Source of the DNA: Octopus sinensis
Taxonomy: Eukaryota
DNA: 64,000 nucleotides
Assembly: GCF_006345805.1 (NCBI RefSeq)
Contig: NC_042998.1
Span: forward strand, 198,648,001-198,712,000
Reading direction: 5' to 3'
Part shown: piece by piece, positions 36,696-48,985 of the stretch
Position numbering within the stretch: the stretch's first letter is position 1
Layout: every line of letters begins with the position of its first letter
Position numbers and translations under genes: made by a program
Notes under the pieces: generated by a model
Database searches by the model: none
What the model saw: only the letters and a program-made list of their open reading frames with translations
Told to the model about the DNA's origin: nothing

Positions 36696-37606
36696 TCCAG
36701 ACAAAAGACCCTAGGACAAAAGCCCCATAACTAAAGTATGAAAGTGGGCAAAGGTCGCATTGTAATATTTTTCGCTATTTTTTTCTTCTTTTCACCTTCA
36801 GTCATTAGGCTGTGGCCATGCTGGGGCAGGCACCGCCTTGAAGAATTTTTTGTTGAACGTATCGACCCCAGAATTTTAATTTTTTTTACTTGTTGCAGTT
36901 ATTAGACAACGACCGCCTGTGCTGGAGCACCACCTTGAATAATTTTTAGATGGCTGTATGGAACTCAGAATTTTTTTAAGCCTGATCAAAACCACTTCTG
37001 TCATTTCGTTTTTTTCTTCTTTTTTACTTGTTGCAGCCATTAGGTGATTTTCAACCAACACATGAAGTTACGCCTAGAAGGTCTCTCCACATGGTAGAAA
37101 TAACAGCCAAATCTTTAAAACTTTTCTTTATATAATTTCACGTAAGAAAAAACGGAAATCGCGGTTGTAAAAAAAAAACTCATTTTCCAAAATTCCTATT
37201 TTTAACTTAACAAAATATATTCAATCGAAATTAAATAAGTAGAATAGAATAACAGAGCACACTTCAAGGAATGTGTAAAAACATAACAGCTACATAGAAG
37301 CAATCGAGTAAATATGTGCACTTTTTGACAAGTTGTGGTGCACTTGAGCACTGTATTCAATAATTTCATTATTATAAAATGTATACACATAAATATATAC
37401 ACACACCTTTGTCATTTATTTATAATGCTTAAAAAAAGCATTTTTTTTTTGTCAAAAAAGATATGTCTGAGAACAGGGAGGCTTTTGTCCAAGGGGCTTT
37501 TGTCCACTTTCATACTTTAACTATGGGGCTTTTGTCCGAGGAAGCTTTTGTCATGGAGTGGTTTTTTCCTAGAGGACTTTTGTCCTAGAGGGCTTCTGTC
37601 CTGCAC
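36696..37606. mobile_element. Composite TIR element, second copy
   Basis: Multiple GGACAAAAGCCCC subterminal repeats inverted at both ends; 36790-37230 matches the reverse complement of ~27530-28200. Confidence 0.7.
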
Positions 37607-37690
37607 TTGCGACCAACAACCAGCGACATATGTAATTTTAAACGCTGAAATGTTAGCATTAGATGTTTTAGAAATCCTCAGACGATTTAA

Positions 37691-37917
37691 AAACCCATTA
37701 ATGCATAGCGTCCAGAAAAATGAACGCAGGAAAAATTATTATTGCGTGTTAAGTAAACTACCTATTAAGCTTATTTTTGGTATAGTCTGCCTCTAAACTA
37801 GTGCTCTATGAGCGAGCAAGCGCTGTGTACAAACAAACCAACTATACACACGTACGAAACAAGTAATAGTAATTTTCGTTGCGTCTATTTTTCTGGACGC
37901 TATGCATTAATGGGTTT
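37691..37917. mobile_element. 227-bp MITE
   Basis: Perfect ~30-bp TIR AAACCCATTAATGCATAGCGTCCAGAAAAA / TTTTTCTGGACGCTATGCATTAATGGGTTT; superfamily unclear. Confidence 0.75.
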
Positions 37918-37929
37918 CCACATTGGTAT

Positions 37930-39620
37930 TAATAAAAGATACTGAGAAAGGACAATGCAATAAGATGAGAGTTTCTGAAACAACTAAATTTCAGCGATGT
38001 CATTAATGAGGAAAAGATTTCTAATGATACCAGGAAGTTGACAGGTAGAGACTTCCGTAGGAATTTATGACAGAAACAAGACCGCCAAAATATCCAGATA
38101 CTGCGCAAACGACTAGTGTATATAATTTTGTGAAGGTATTTAGTCCTCATTTCATGCATTCTACATCCGTGGCCCAGCCCAAAGTAAGACAGCATCACAA
38201 AAATTATATCAAATAAAACCGCTATAGACAAAGGCCATCAGATGGCGAGATTATGGAATATTACACTGAAATTTACTCCACAAAACGAGCATCTAACTCG
38301 GCACACCAAATGGTGTGAATTTTCTCGTAGTGGAATTGGATGCGGTACCGACTGCAGAAAAAAATAAAGCCATCGATAATCTGCGCATTGCAAGATACGA
38401 GGACTGGACAGAATTTTCGGAGAGGTCATTAGAAGTGTGAGGGGAATCTTGTTAAACCACCTGCAATGGAATTTGCATCAGTGTCAGAAAGAAGGGGGGC
38501 AGTGCCGCAAGAACAAAGAGAAGAGAAGCGACTGTAACAATTACAGAGGAATATTTTTGCCGAGCATCTCTCCTGAGAAGAATGAAAAAAAAAAAAAAGA
38601 AAAAAAAAACACGATCATTCACAATCGATATAATCGCTTTTCAGCAACCTCAAGAAAAATACAAAACAAAGACAATTGTTTGTCACTTTCCTTGACGTCA
38701 CGAAGGCGTTTCCCCCTATAGAAATTTCCAGCTTAAAGCTATCTCTAGGATCGACTGTTCTCCGAAGTTTCTCAGTATAGTTCAGTCATTGTTTACAGAT
38801 ATTAAGAGCGCGTTCTGTTTGACGGTTCTTCTTTGGAAGTTTTTACTATCTGCAGCAGTAGAAAACAGCTGTGTTGCTTGCCCACGCTCTGTTTGGCATC
38901 TTCTTCGCTGGCATACAGGGTTATGTGTTTGGAACATCAACTGGCGATATCTACTTTCACATCAGATCAGATCGAAAGCTACTTAATCTATAGTGTTTGA
39001 GGGTAAAAACATTTATACATGAAGTACTCATCAGGGACACAGTGTTCGCAGACAAGTTAGCACTTGAAATATACTGCGAGGATCAATAGCAACGTCTTCA
39101 AAGACTGTTGTTAAGAGCCTGTCTAGCGTTGAGCAATCCCCTGTTAATACCTTCAACAGCTGCGAGTTAGAGGTAGTTCACGAGTTCACATGTGTTGGAT
39201 ACTTCAAAACGGACAATTTTTCCGTACATTCTGAGATGACAAACAGAGCGGAGGAACAGCTTCAGTATTCGACGGTCTAACAAAGAGAGTCTGAGAGAAT
39301 AACAAGCAAACGATGCACCCTTCCAATTTTGCGGACTCGATGTCAAGTGAACTGACCGAGTCACCAGCAATGAGGTTATGGCCACTCCCAGATACGGAAC
39401 CTTTTATCTTCTTTCAACAATGACCTTTCCGCTACATAGGTCACGTAAGCCACAGAATGTGTGAGAATTCTCCAAGACCTGCTGAGCTAGTTTCCGCAAG
39501 AAAACACATGGATAACTCTTTTCTTTCGTTTAAAAACATGTCTGTAAGTGATATGGAGTCACTAAATATGAATCGAAAGTTAGGAGGACATTACAAATTG
39601 ATTACTGTTACTGGAGGCTG
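37930..39620 (+). mobile_element. Highly decayed RTE-BovB-like LINE RT region
   Basis: Fragments RYCAND, IDKGHQMAR, RSDCNNYRGI, FVTFLDVTKA, KQ.C.L.PTLFGIFF and EVLIRD..FAD appear in collinear order. Confidence 0.72.
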
Positions 39621-39859
39621 GAACTAGGCAGGGGTTTAAAAGCGGGAGAAGCCCAGGCATTCTGCTCAAACGAAAAGCGTACTTGTAAAAACTGCAACGA
39701 GACACTCCTGGAAGATAACACTGCAGCTGAAATTTCTACTTCGGTGTAGGTCTGTACAGTCGGACCAGACATTATGTTGCTAACAACAGGCTGAAGCAAG
39801 ATTTTCCCAGGTTTAGATTTACCGTCTTGTGATTTGGTAACCCTTGTCTAGATATTTTT

Positions 39860-40249
39860 AAAAGTTTTAAAAGTTGTGTGTCTGTCTCCTACCATTTAGA
39901 TTCCTAACTACTCCCACATTTTGCGGTGCAGTTTCACCAAATTCGGGTATCTTATAGTCGTGATTCATATCGAGCCCTTCTGGGTATTAGCGCGCGTCTA
40001 CGATGAGTCTACGATTAAAAAAAAAAATTACCATCATTTTTTTCCATTTGAATGCATTTTTTCGCTATTATATAAGGGAAGTAACTCTCTAAAAATGTCT
40101 ACGATGAGTCAATGATTAAAAAAAAAATTACCATAATTTCTTTTCTATTTTTAATGCCTTTTTTTGCTATTTTTTGGCTATAACTCTCTAAAAATGCTTA
40201 TAGAGTTATTTCCCTTACAAACCCGAGCAACGCCGGTCGATACTGCTAG
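39860..40249 (+). mobile_element. Helitron-like element (further family)
   Basis: 3' CCCGAGCAACGCCGG..CTGCTAG|T; internal ~90-bp partial duplication; 5' boundary approximate. Confidence 0.55.
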
Positions 40250-40585
40250 TTCCATATAAAACTCACATATTATAAATGTGTCTGGAAGTCAAGAACCTTT
40301 TTAGCACTTCTAACGATGCCAAGTAAGATTCCACGCTGCTACCAGTTTATCTGTTGTGTTACTATTGATGTTAGTGTAAGTTGTCGGTTCATGGTATTTA
40401 CTGAAAAGCGCCCCCCCCCCCGAGGATCACCCAGTGCTTTTAAAAAAAATTGGTGGTATGTTGCCTTGTATCCACTCCAACCTATTCATATAAGCTTGTA
40501 AGTCCGGGTGGAAGTGGACATAGTAGACTCAGCTACGGTTGTTAGGGTTAGGGTTGTTATTCTTCTGTTGGTGTTCCCTAGCATT

Positions 40586-40722
40586 GTTTTTAGAAATTAT
40601 AAGGGTTTTTTTTTAGAACAATAAGGTTTTTAGAAATTATAAGGGTTTTTTTTTAGAACAATAAGGTTTTTAGAAATTATAAGGGTTTTTTTTAGAACAA
40701 TAAGGTTTTTAGAAATTATAAG
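40586..40722. repeat. ~40-bp minisatellite (~3.5 copies) next to a TTAGGGTTAGGG motif
   Basis: Unit TTTTTAGAAATTATAAGGG(T)8-9AGAACAATAAGG. Confidence 0.8.
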
Positions 40723-41432
40723 GTTCCGTTGGTGTTCCCTGACATAGTCTTTAGAAACTATACGGCTATTTCTTTGTTGAGTGTGGAGGAAGAATAAAGA
40801 TCTTTGGGTGGTTGTGTAGCGAGACTTTTAGAGATACATGTTCATATAGAAACAGTGACTCGATATGCATTTTATTGCATTCTTACTGTGTATTGTTTGT
40901 GTCTTTGTTGAGTACGAGTGTGTCTCTTGTTCTTGTGTGTAAGTGTTTGTTTGTGTGGGAGTGAGTATTTGTATGTTTGTCGCTCGGTTTATGTATGTAT
41001 GTATGAATCTATGTATGCATGTATGTATGTATGTATGTATGTATGTATTTTTTCTTCTATTTTTAATTACTCTTCCTGCTAGGAAGTAGCTGGTGTCTAA
41101 CAAAGATACACTGCTTAAGCGTTGGGGTGTAGGTAACAATACCTATGTATGTATGTATGTATGTATGTATGCAAGCATGCGTGCGTGTGTGTGTGTGTAT
41201 ACGTGGGTGTGTATGTGTGTGTTATAATCAATCCGTGAAGAAGTGATGATTTCTTCTGCGTAGGCATTAGGACATAAATTGATTTTAAAAAATCACATGA
41301 AACGAGTAAACTAATGAGGTAACGAGGGAAAAGCAAATAATTAATGCATGTAGTGAAAGAAGCTAAACACGTGACTGGAAAGGTCTAGTTCCAGCCTCCA
41401 GTGATAATGGTCGCTTGCAGTGTCCTCTTACC

Positions 41433-41800
41433 CATTTCTTTACTACCCACAAGGGGCTAAACACAGAGAGGACAAACAAGGACAGACAAACGGATTAAGT
41501 CGATTATATCGACCCCAGTGCGTAACTGGTACTTAATTTATCGACCCCGAAACGATGAAAGGCAAAGTCGACCTCGGTGGAATTTGAACTCAGAACGTAA
41601 CGGCAGACGAAATACCTATTTCTTTACTACCCACAAGGGGCTAAACACAGAGGGGACAAACAAGGACAGACAAACGGATTAAGTCGATTATATCTACTCC
41701 AGTGTGTAACTGGTACTTATTTTATCAACCCCGAAAGGATGAAAGGATGAAATACGGCTACGCATTTCGCCCGGCGTGCTAACGTTTCTGCCAGCTCGCC
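41433..41800 (-). mobile_element. SINE family A dimer with 13-bp TSD
   Basis: GTGTCCTCTTACC at 41420-41432 and 41801-41813. Confidence 0.85.
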
Positions 41801-42100
41801 GTGTCCTCTTACCGTTCAATTCATATTCAGTGACTTCATATCTTTTACACACATTTTTGAAACAAAATATATGATCACCCATGTGTTTTCTTGCTGGAGA
41901 CTAGTTCAGCTGATCTTTGGGGATCCTCAAAGCGCAAGAAGTACACAATGGAAATTAATTCATCAATGGAAGATACGGAAAGGAATATGAAGAGAAGAAA
42001 AAAAGAAAGATTCAGTGATTATTTAGTTGGGAGCTTTTCTTTGCCGTGGAAGGGTCACGTAGTTTACGACTGCTCTTGATCCGTATCACCGTACTTTTTT

Positions 42101-42505
42101 ACTCTTTTACTTGTTTCAGTCATTTGACTGCGGCCATACTGGAGCACCGCATTTAGTCGAGCAAATCGAACGCCACCAGGACTTATTCTTTGTAAGCCTA
42201 GTACTTATTCTATCGGTCTCTTTTGCCGAACCGCTAAGTTACGGGGACGTAAACACACCAGCATCGGTTGTCAAGCAATGCTAGGGGGACAAACACAGAC
42301 ACATAAACATATACACACACACACACATACATATGTATACATATATACGACAGGATTCTTTCAGTTTCCGTCTACCAAATCCACTCACAAGGATTTGGTC
42401 GGCCCGAGGCTACAGTAGAAGTCACTTACCCAAGGTGCCACGCAGTGGGACTGAACCCGGAACCATGTGGTTGGTAAACAAGCTACTTACCACACAGCCA
42501 CTCCC
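42101..42505 (-). mobile_element. SINE family B
   Basis: Reverse-complement full copy. Confidence 0.85.
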
Positions 42506-42799
42506 GCGCGTACTGTTAACAGTTTAAACAATAAACTAGTGGGACACGTGTAAATTCCACGGAATTGAAAAATAATAAAAATATAAGCGGACCTATTTAA
42601 GACAGAACGGATGACTTACATTTTTATAGTATTCTTAGTTTAGCTTTCTTTGAATATACTCGACGTTCGTCTACATTCATTTTCTCACGTTTCCGTCGGT
42701 GTAGTCTATTTTCTCTTTTAATTATATCTTTTCGCTCTTCCTCTCTGATCCGTGCTCCATATCGGCACATTCTTTCTCGGGCAGCTTGCAACTGCGTTT

Positions 42800-43239
42800 G
42801 GATCTTTTCGGTTTGAACGGCAGTTTTTTCTAGCGGTGTCATATGAAATTGTCACCCATAATTATGACCTAAGTATCGATCTATTGCATTTCAATCTGTT
42901 TTAGGGTTAGGGTTAGTTAGGGTTAGGGTTAGGGTTAGGGGTGGGGGGAAGGGTATCTTTTTTTTCTTCAGAAATGTAAATAAACCCAATCTGTTTCTTA
43001 AACAAGGGACATATTCATACGGCACAGAATATTTTCACCTCAATAGACGTCATTGATTGGTTGAAATTGCAGAAATTGAAGAAAAAAAACAACAAATATC
43101 TTACAAACCAAAGAATTTTCTCAATAAAGCCAAGAGAAAAAGATGTTTTATAAACACATTCTACCAGTATACGAAGTTTAAAAGAGTTTAGTTACGTGGA
43201 AATTATTTTAAAAAACTGCCGTTCAAACCGAAAAGATCC
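42800..43239 (+). mobile_element. MITE family 1 (Merlin-like) with telomere-like core
   Basis: TIR GGATCTTTTCGGTTTGAACGGCAGTTTTTT / AAAAAACTGCCGTTCAAACCGAAAAGATCC; flanks CTGCGTTT/CCGTGTTT (6 of 8 match); internal (TTAGGG)n. Confidence 0.88.
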
Positions 43240-43484
43240 CCGTGTTTCTTATGAATCCATAGTTTAGGCTAAATTAACTCTTATAAACAAATATCAATTT
43301 TGAAGCGAGCAGATGATAAACAATTGCTCTTGTGCACATGCGTTAAGCGATGGTCGCAAAAAAAAAAAAACTTTTCACTATCAACGCACCACCACCATCA
43401 TCACTAAAATTTTCAGTAACAAAGCTTATTTCATTTCACTTCAGTTGTTTGTTTATACCTACTTTTTCTTGCTGTCGATATTTT

Positions 43485-43722
43485 ATTTGTTTGTTTATTT
43501 GTTGAGCGAAGCGGTCTTCGTCCCAGAGTGGGAGAAGTCCAAAACGTGGTCCTTTGCTATTCGCAAGACCCGCAGAAGAGAAAGCAGGTCAGCTCCCGAC
43601 ACCGAGAGCATCGACGGATAGATGAATGCGTATTAAGGTTCAGCGGTTGCGTAGAAAGTCGGGGACAAGAAACATGAAGAAAGAGTGAGAGAAAGTAGGG
43701 GCGAAAGAGTACAACAGGGGTC
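43485..43722 (-). mobile_element. SINE family E, 3' part
   Basis: Reverse-complement match to 36450-36690. Confidence 0.75.
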
Positions 43723-44229
43723 GCACACATACATACATACATACATACATACATACATACATACATACATACATACATACATACATACACATAGCATAAG
43801 CTCATTTTTCCACGCACACATATATGACTTATCTACAAATTGGTTTCTTATATGCACAGTATTTCTAAACAGATGGAATAATTTATTGAATGGACACCAG
43901 TGTATTATTGGTACATAAATTAACGATCCCCGAAGAAAGGAAAAATAATATTGCTTCCTGCAGCCATTTGAAGTCATAACGAAGTGGGATGAAACTATAT
44001 GCTTCGATCGTAGATAGTAGCCATTTTATTTAGCCAGCACCCTTAATTCAATTCTGCTGAATGCTGCATAAAGTCACAACATACCCTATCCCTCATTTGA
44101 AGATTTGAACTCTTTTGCTTAAGTATAAAGTCAATTAGACCTTTAAAACTTAATAATGTTAATTAAGACATATCAACACGATCAGCTACATTGAGAATAC
44201 TTCTGTATTTCATATGTATCATAGCAGCA

Positions 44230-44690
44230 CATTAATCATAGGTCTACGTTGGTCGTAAGTAGACATTTTTCCTTGTCGTAACTTCGCATTAATCACAGTT
44301 TCATAATGATTGATATTAGTCATAAGTCATTGGCCCATACTGGTCATAGGTTCATAATAATCATAGTTTGTATTAATCCTGGTCATACGTTAATGTTGAT
44401 CATAGTTTTCCCTGATCAACACTAGTCATAAGTTCGTATTGGTAATAAGTCAATACAGGTTCAAGATTTATACTGACTCAGAAAGTAAAAATTCACACTG
44501 AACACGGCTTAATACTAGTCATAAATTCACAGTCGTCATAAGACAACATTGGTCATAGGTATGTAAATACTGGTCCTACTATTCACTTCGATTGATAATT
44601 TCACACTGATTAACTCAATCATAAATCCACACTAGTAATAGTACACTGGTTCTGATCATAAGTTCATTAGTCGATACTGATCATGTGTCT
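44230..44690. repeat. Cryptic degenerate ~17-bp minisatellite
   Basis: Recurrent variants of CACACTGGTCATAAGTT (e.g. CATACTGGTCATAGGTT, ACACTAGTCATAAGTT, ATACTAGTCATAAATT). Confidence 0.65.
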
Positions 44691-44836
44691 ATTTTTGCTC
44701 GATTATGACCGAATCTGAAAGCTAGAACAATTAGATCGATGTAGGAAATACTTTCAATTTTCCGGTTTGGCACAGTAATTCTTCCAAAGGTCGCATGATG
44801 ATATAAACAGGTTCTGCATCCTAGAAGTTTTTACGG

Positions 44837-44900
44837 TTAGCACGGCACCCAAGCCATAACAATTTTGTTGTATGTCACAAATACACCTTTGTTGGGTTTA
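44837..44900 (-). CDS. CAP-Gly-domain gene, terminal coding exon (C)KPNKGVFVTYNKIVMAWVPC*
   Basis: Acceptor TTTATATTTTCAG at 44901-44902; phase 2 completes TG|T Cys; TAA at 44837-44839. Confidence 0.88.
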
Positions 44901-45766
44901 CTGAAAATATAAACATAAACAGCAATATAATCAGCTTCACCTCTAAACAAAAACAATGTATAATACAAAAAAAAACTGGGAAAGGCTGAAACAGCTAAGA
45001 CTCAAAGAAAAAAAATTCAATTTTTTTTTCTCTTGCCCTTGTTTATAAATTATTTATAAATTTAATCTTTAAAGGTATTTTTTAATATGCTGGCCATTGA
45101 TAGAATTTTTTTCGAAAAATTTTATCCTATATTAGATGTAAATTTAATAGTGTTCACTTCCGGAGTATCTCACTCTATGAGAGTTTTCAGTCTGATCGCA
45201 CGTGTCTCGAGGTGTGCTGGAGAATTTCTAATTTGGATATATTTGGGGTACTTAAGTGTGCCCATGACTTAGTGTTTGCTTCTTCCATGGATATAAGAAA
45301 GTATTTCATTTTTTTCTTACCGTATTTATCGCTTACGAGGAGAAAATTCTTATGAATTTACTATGAAATCGGGACGGATACGATAATAACGGAATTTTTT
45401 TAGAAATTTCTGTCGGCTTACTTCGAGACACGTGCTTATAGTGATAAATTATATGGTTATTGACGATTTGTCTATTTTCGGCATATTTGGCATTAGAATT
45501 TTGTTTTTCTTTTGCCCTTGTTTATAAGTTGTATATATATATATATGTAAGTACACGTCCGCATATACACATATATACATATACACACATACATATAGAT
45601 ACGTACATACACCCAGACACACACGTAGACACACATAGATACATATATATATATATATAGACACACATATATATATGTGTGTGTGTGTGTGTGTAATGGT
45701 ATATGTGTGTATGTGTAGAGGTAATCTGTGTGTAAATGCTTAAATTGAATAGAAGAGTGCTCTTAC

Positions 45767-45812
45767 CATTTGAAATATCTGTTTCCTTCAAACACACCAT
45801 CATGTTTACCAT
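45767..45812 (-). CDS. CAP-Gly-domain gene, 46-bp exon (D)GKHDGVFEGNRYFK(C)
   Basis: Acceptor TTTTTTTACAG, donor GTAAGA; encodes the GK(N/H)DG signature; phases 1 and 2 fit both neighbours. Confidence 0.9.
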
Positions 45813-46392
45813 CTGTAAAAAAAAGATCGGATCGTTGAGAACTTACTGTGTAACCCAGAGAATTCTGGGAACTATGGAATAAATGGAATCAATAACTTGC
45901 GACAGTAGAGACGAAATAATGCCGTGTAGTAAATACTGCACGGCAGACATTTTGAAATTGATAAAAATCAAGTAGCTGTCAAACGCTGATTTAATCGATT
46001 ACACCTCTTCCTAAATGTGCAGCTTTGTGCCTATGACAGAGATCGATTTGATGGTGTTTGGATCATTTTATTATTAGCTTGGGAATTCCTGACCGCCTTC
46101 TTTATTATCGTTGAATAGGAAAAGAAAATCTGGAGATTGAAACAGCAAGAATGTGTAACATGAAGACATTATATGAACGTTGAGAGTTCTGAAGTAAGGG
46201 AGCAAGTAAAAAAAAATCAAGAACTGGCTAGAAAAACCTCCTATAGGTGAAGTTTAGATAATAACAATCCTAAGAATTGCCCTTAATTCTCGGAAACATA
46301 TCTGCTGAAGCTGTTCTAATCGTTTCAATACTAAGGCTCCCAATTATTTACATGAAATTTTCTCCGGACCCCATGTTTTGGAAAGGTCTGCC

Positions 46393-46829
46393 GGATCTTT
46401 TCGATTTGAACGGCAGTTTCTTCTAGCGGTGTCATATGAAATTGTCACCCATAATTATGACCCTAGTATCGATCTATTGCAGTTCAATCTGTTTTAGGGT
46501 TAGGGTTAGTTAGGGTTAGGGTTAGGGGTGGGGGAAGGGTATCTTTTTTCTTTCACAAATGTAAATAAACTCGATCTGTTTCTTAGACGAGGAACATATT
46601 CATACGGCACAGAATGTTTTCACCTCAATAGACCGTCACTGATTGGTTGAAATTGCAGAAATTGAAGAAAAAAAAAACAACAAATATCTTACAAACTATA
46701 GAATTTTCTCAATAAAGCCAAGAGAAAAAGATGTTTTATAAACACATTCTACCACTATACGAAGTTTAAAAGTGTTTAGTTACGTGGAAATTATTTTAAA
46801 AAAACTGCCGTTCAAACCGAACAGATCCG
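46393..46829 (+). mobile_element. MITE family 1 copy with perfect 8-bp TSD (intronic)
   Basis: GGTCTGCC at 46385-46392 and 46830-46837; GG..CC ends; near-identical to 42800-43239. Confidence 0.92.
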
Positions 46830-47144
46830 GTCTGCCTATTTAACAAGCCAATTTTATTAGCAACAGATTTCCTAGTTTTTTTTTATTCTCTCACTTGAAA
46901 GAAGTATGCAACTAAATAATTATATATAACAATCTACATTTTTCAGTGCGGCTTTTTCAAATTTCGAATACAGCTGCTGCACGTTTAAACAATTCTAGGA
47001 GAACAGCTGATACCTAAAGTAACAGAAAGAAGAAAGACATATATCGAAATCTAAAGTAAAGTTAAAGAAAATCTTTGGTACGGTGAGTCACATGTAACTT
47101 TAACATGATAATTACGATGTTAATAAGAGATAATTAGTAGTTAC

Positions 47145-47326
47145 CGTCTTGATGTAGTTCAATCCCTATATAGGTATCCGAGCGACCAGATAGTGGGCCA
47201 ATAAACTTCACAATCCCTTGAGATATTTTGCCGCCATATTTGGAGAATTTCACAATATCTCCCAAATGAATGTCGTCTGGGGATTGAGGGACATAAGGTC
47301 TTTTCCCTTGGGTCAATGACCATTGC
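47145..47326 (-). CDS. CAP-Gly-domain gene, 182-bp exon QWSLTQGKRPYV..LGDIVKF..GIVKFIG..YIGIELHQD
   Basis: Acceptor CTTCTCTTCCGGACAG, donor G|GTAACT; N-terminal half of CAP-Gly (GxVKFIG..GIEL). Confidence 0.9.
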
Positions 47327-47404
47327 CTGTCCGGAAGAGAAGATTAAGTTATATCAGTCATAGGTAAATAAGTGATAACTAATATATATATATACATATG
47401 GAGA

Positions 47405-47690
47405 GAATATGTCAGAAAAATGTAGAGCCAGTGGAACTTGGAACGAGACAGTGGCACACATTGTGACAGAATGCCCCAAGCTGTAACAAGAAGAATATAA
47501 GAAATGGAGGCATGACCAGGTTATTAAAAAGCAGTTTTACACTAGAAACTGTACCAGGAATGGGGATCTGAAACTGGAAACACATGGTACAATAATCGAA
47601 TCGAAAGAGTACTGGAGTCGGAGAAATGTAACTTACCTATTCAAACGGACTTACCTATTCAAACGGACAAGAAGTTAGAAAATAATTGAC
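47405..47690 (+). mobile_element. R4/Dong-like non-LTR C-terminal (CCHC plus RLE) relic
   Basis: KCR..ETVAHIVTECPKL..EEYKKWRHDQV..WYN..ERVLESEK..IQTDKKLENN.P. Confidence 0.7.
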
Positions 47691-48985
47691 CAGAATACAA
47701 CTTGCTGAGTGATATCCACCATAGCTTTCGACCAGGTGGGAGCTGCCTGACCCAGCTCTTACAGTATTATAACTGGGTGTTGAGGCAGTTACTCAACAAA
47801 TCAAATGTGGACGTAATATACCTTGAGTTTGCAAAAACTTTTGATATGCCACAGACTGCGTGATCTAGACATAGCTGGGATATTTGGTACTGTGCAGTGT
47901 CGTGGAGAGTGATTACATGACTTTCTAAAAGATAGAAGTCAGGCAGTAGTGGCCAATGGAGCCACCTTAAAGAAAACACAAATAGTGAGTGGTGTTCCAC
48001 ATGGCACTGTCTTGGGACTACTGCTTTTCATAGTGGCCCTTTCAGATATGCCCCCAGCTGCCCGGATAGCTACCCTTGCTACGAAAGTCTCGCAGAAAAA
48101 ACAGAACCCCAGCGATATTGCACACCTGCAGCAAAAGTTGGACTCAATTTGAAGATACGCTGACAATAATATGCAGTTTAATGCTGCAAAATTCCAAGCC
48201 CTGTACTACCAGCATCCAAGACTGAATATAAAACTTACAGGGTACACTAGCCCATGGGATTACAATTCCAGAGCCTAAATCAGTGAGTGACCTGGGTATT
48301 GATATGAGTGGTGATACCTCTTTCCAAGTGCACACAACCAGGATGACAACAAAGTGCAGACGACTGGCTGGATGGATCCTGAAAACGTTCAGAATCAGAG
48401 AGAAGGAAACCACGATGGTCCTCTGGAGGACATTCGCCCTCAGCCGCCTAGCTTATTGCTCCCAGCAATGGTCACCCAACAGTGTGAAATTAAAAGTGGC
48501 CCTTGAAGCAATCTAGCAAAGCTTCACAAAGAAGATCGTCTCATTGCAACAGCTCAGCTACTGGGAACGGCTGAAACAGCTAAGACTCAACACCCTGGAG
48601 CGAAGGCGGGAGAGCTATGTAGTAATATGCATCTGGAAAATCCTGGAAAAAATTGTGCCAAATTTTGGTATTGAAAGCGACATCAAGGCCAGAACGGCTC
48701 GACACTGCAAAGTACCAAATATCCCAGCAATGCCATTATGCCTCAAGACCAGTTACTGCAACAGCTTGGACTTCAGGGGCCCACAGCATTTTAATATTCT
48801 CTCAAAGAGCCTGAGGGACCTACACAAAGTGGATGTAAGTGTTTTCAAATCAAAACTGAACCTCTTCCTGTCGAGAATCCCAGATGAACCTACCTCACGG
48901 CAAGAGGTGAAAATGAGTGTAGTGACATCAAACCCCCTTATTCATCAAAGGCCACATATTAGTGGAGGTTCTCAATAATAACAAT
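47690..48985 (+). mobile_element. CR1/L2-clade LINE 3' half (decayed)
   Basis: HSFRPGGSCLTQLL, VDVIYLEFAKTFD, SGVPHGTVLGLLLF and YWERLKQLRLNTLERRR in order, with frameshifts. Confidence 0.85.

Noticed and set aside
42900-42945. Interstitial telomere or chromosome-fusion scar
   Set aside because: The TTAGGG repeats are short and lie inside a TIR element present in three copies, so they are transposon cargo.
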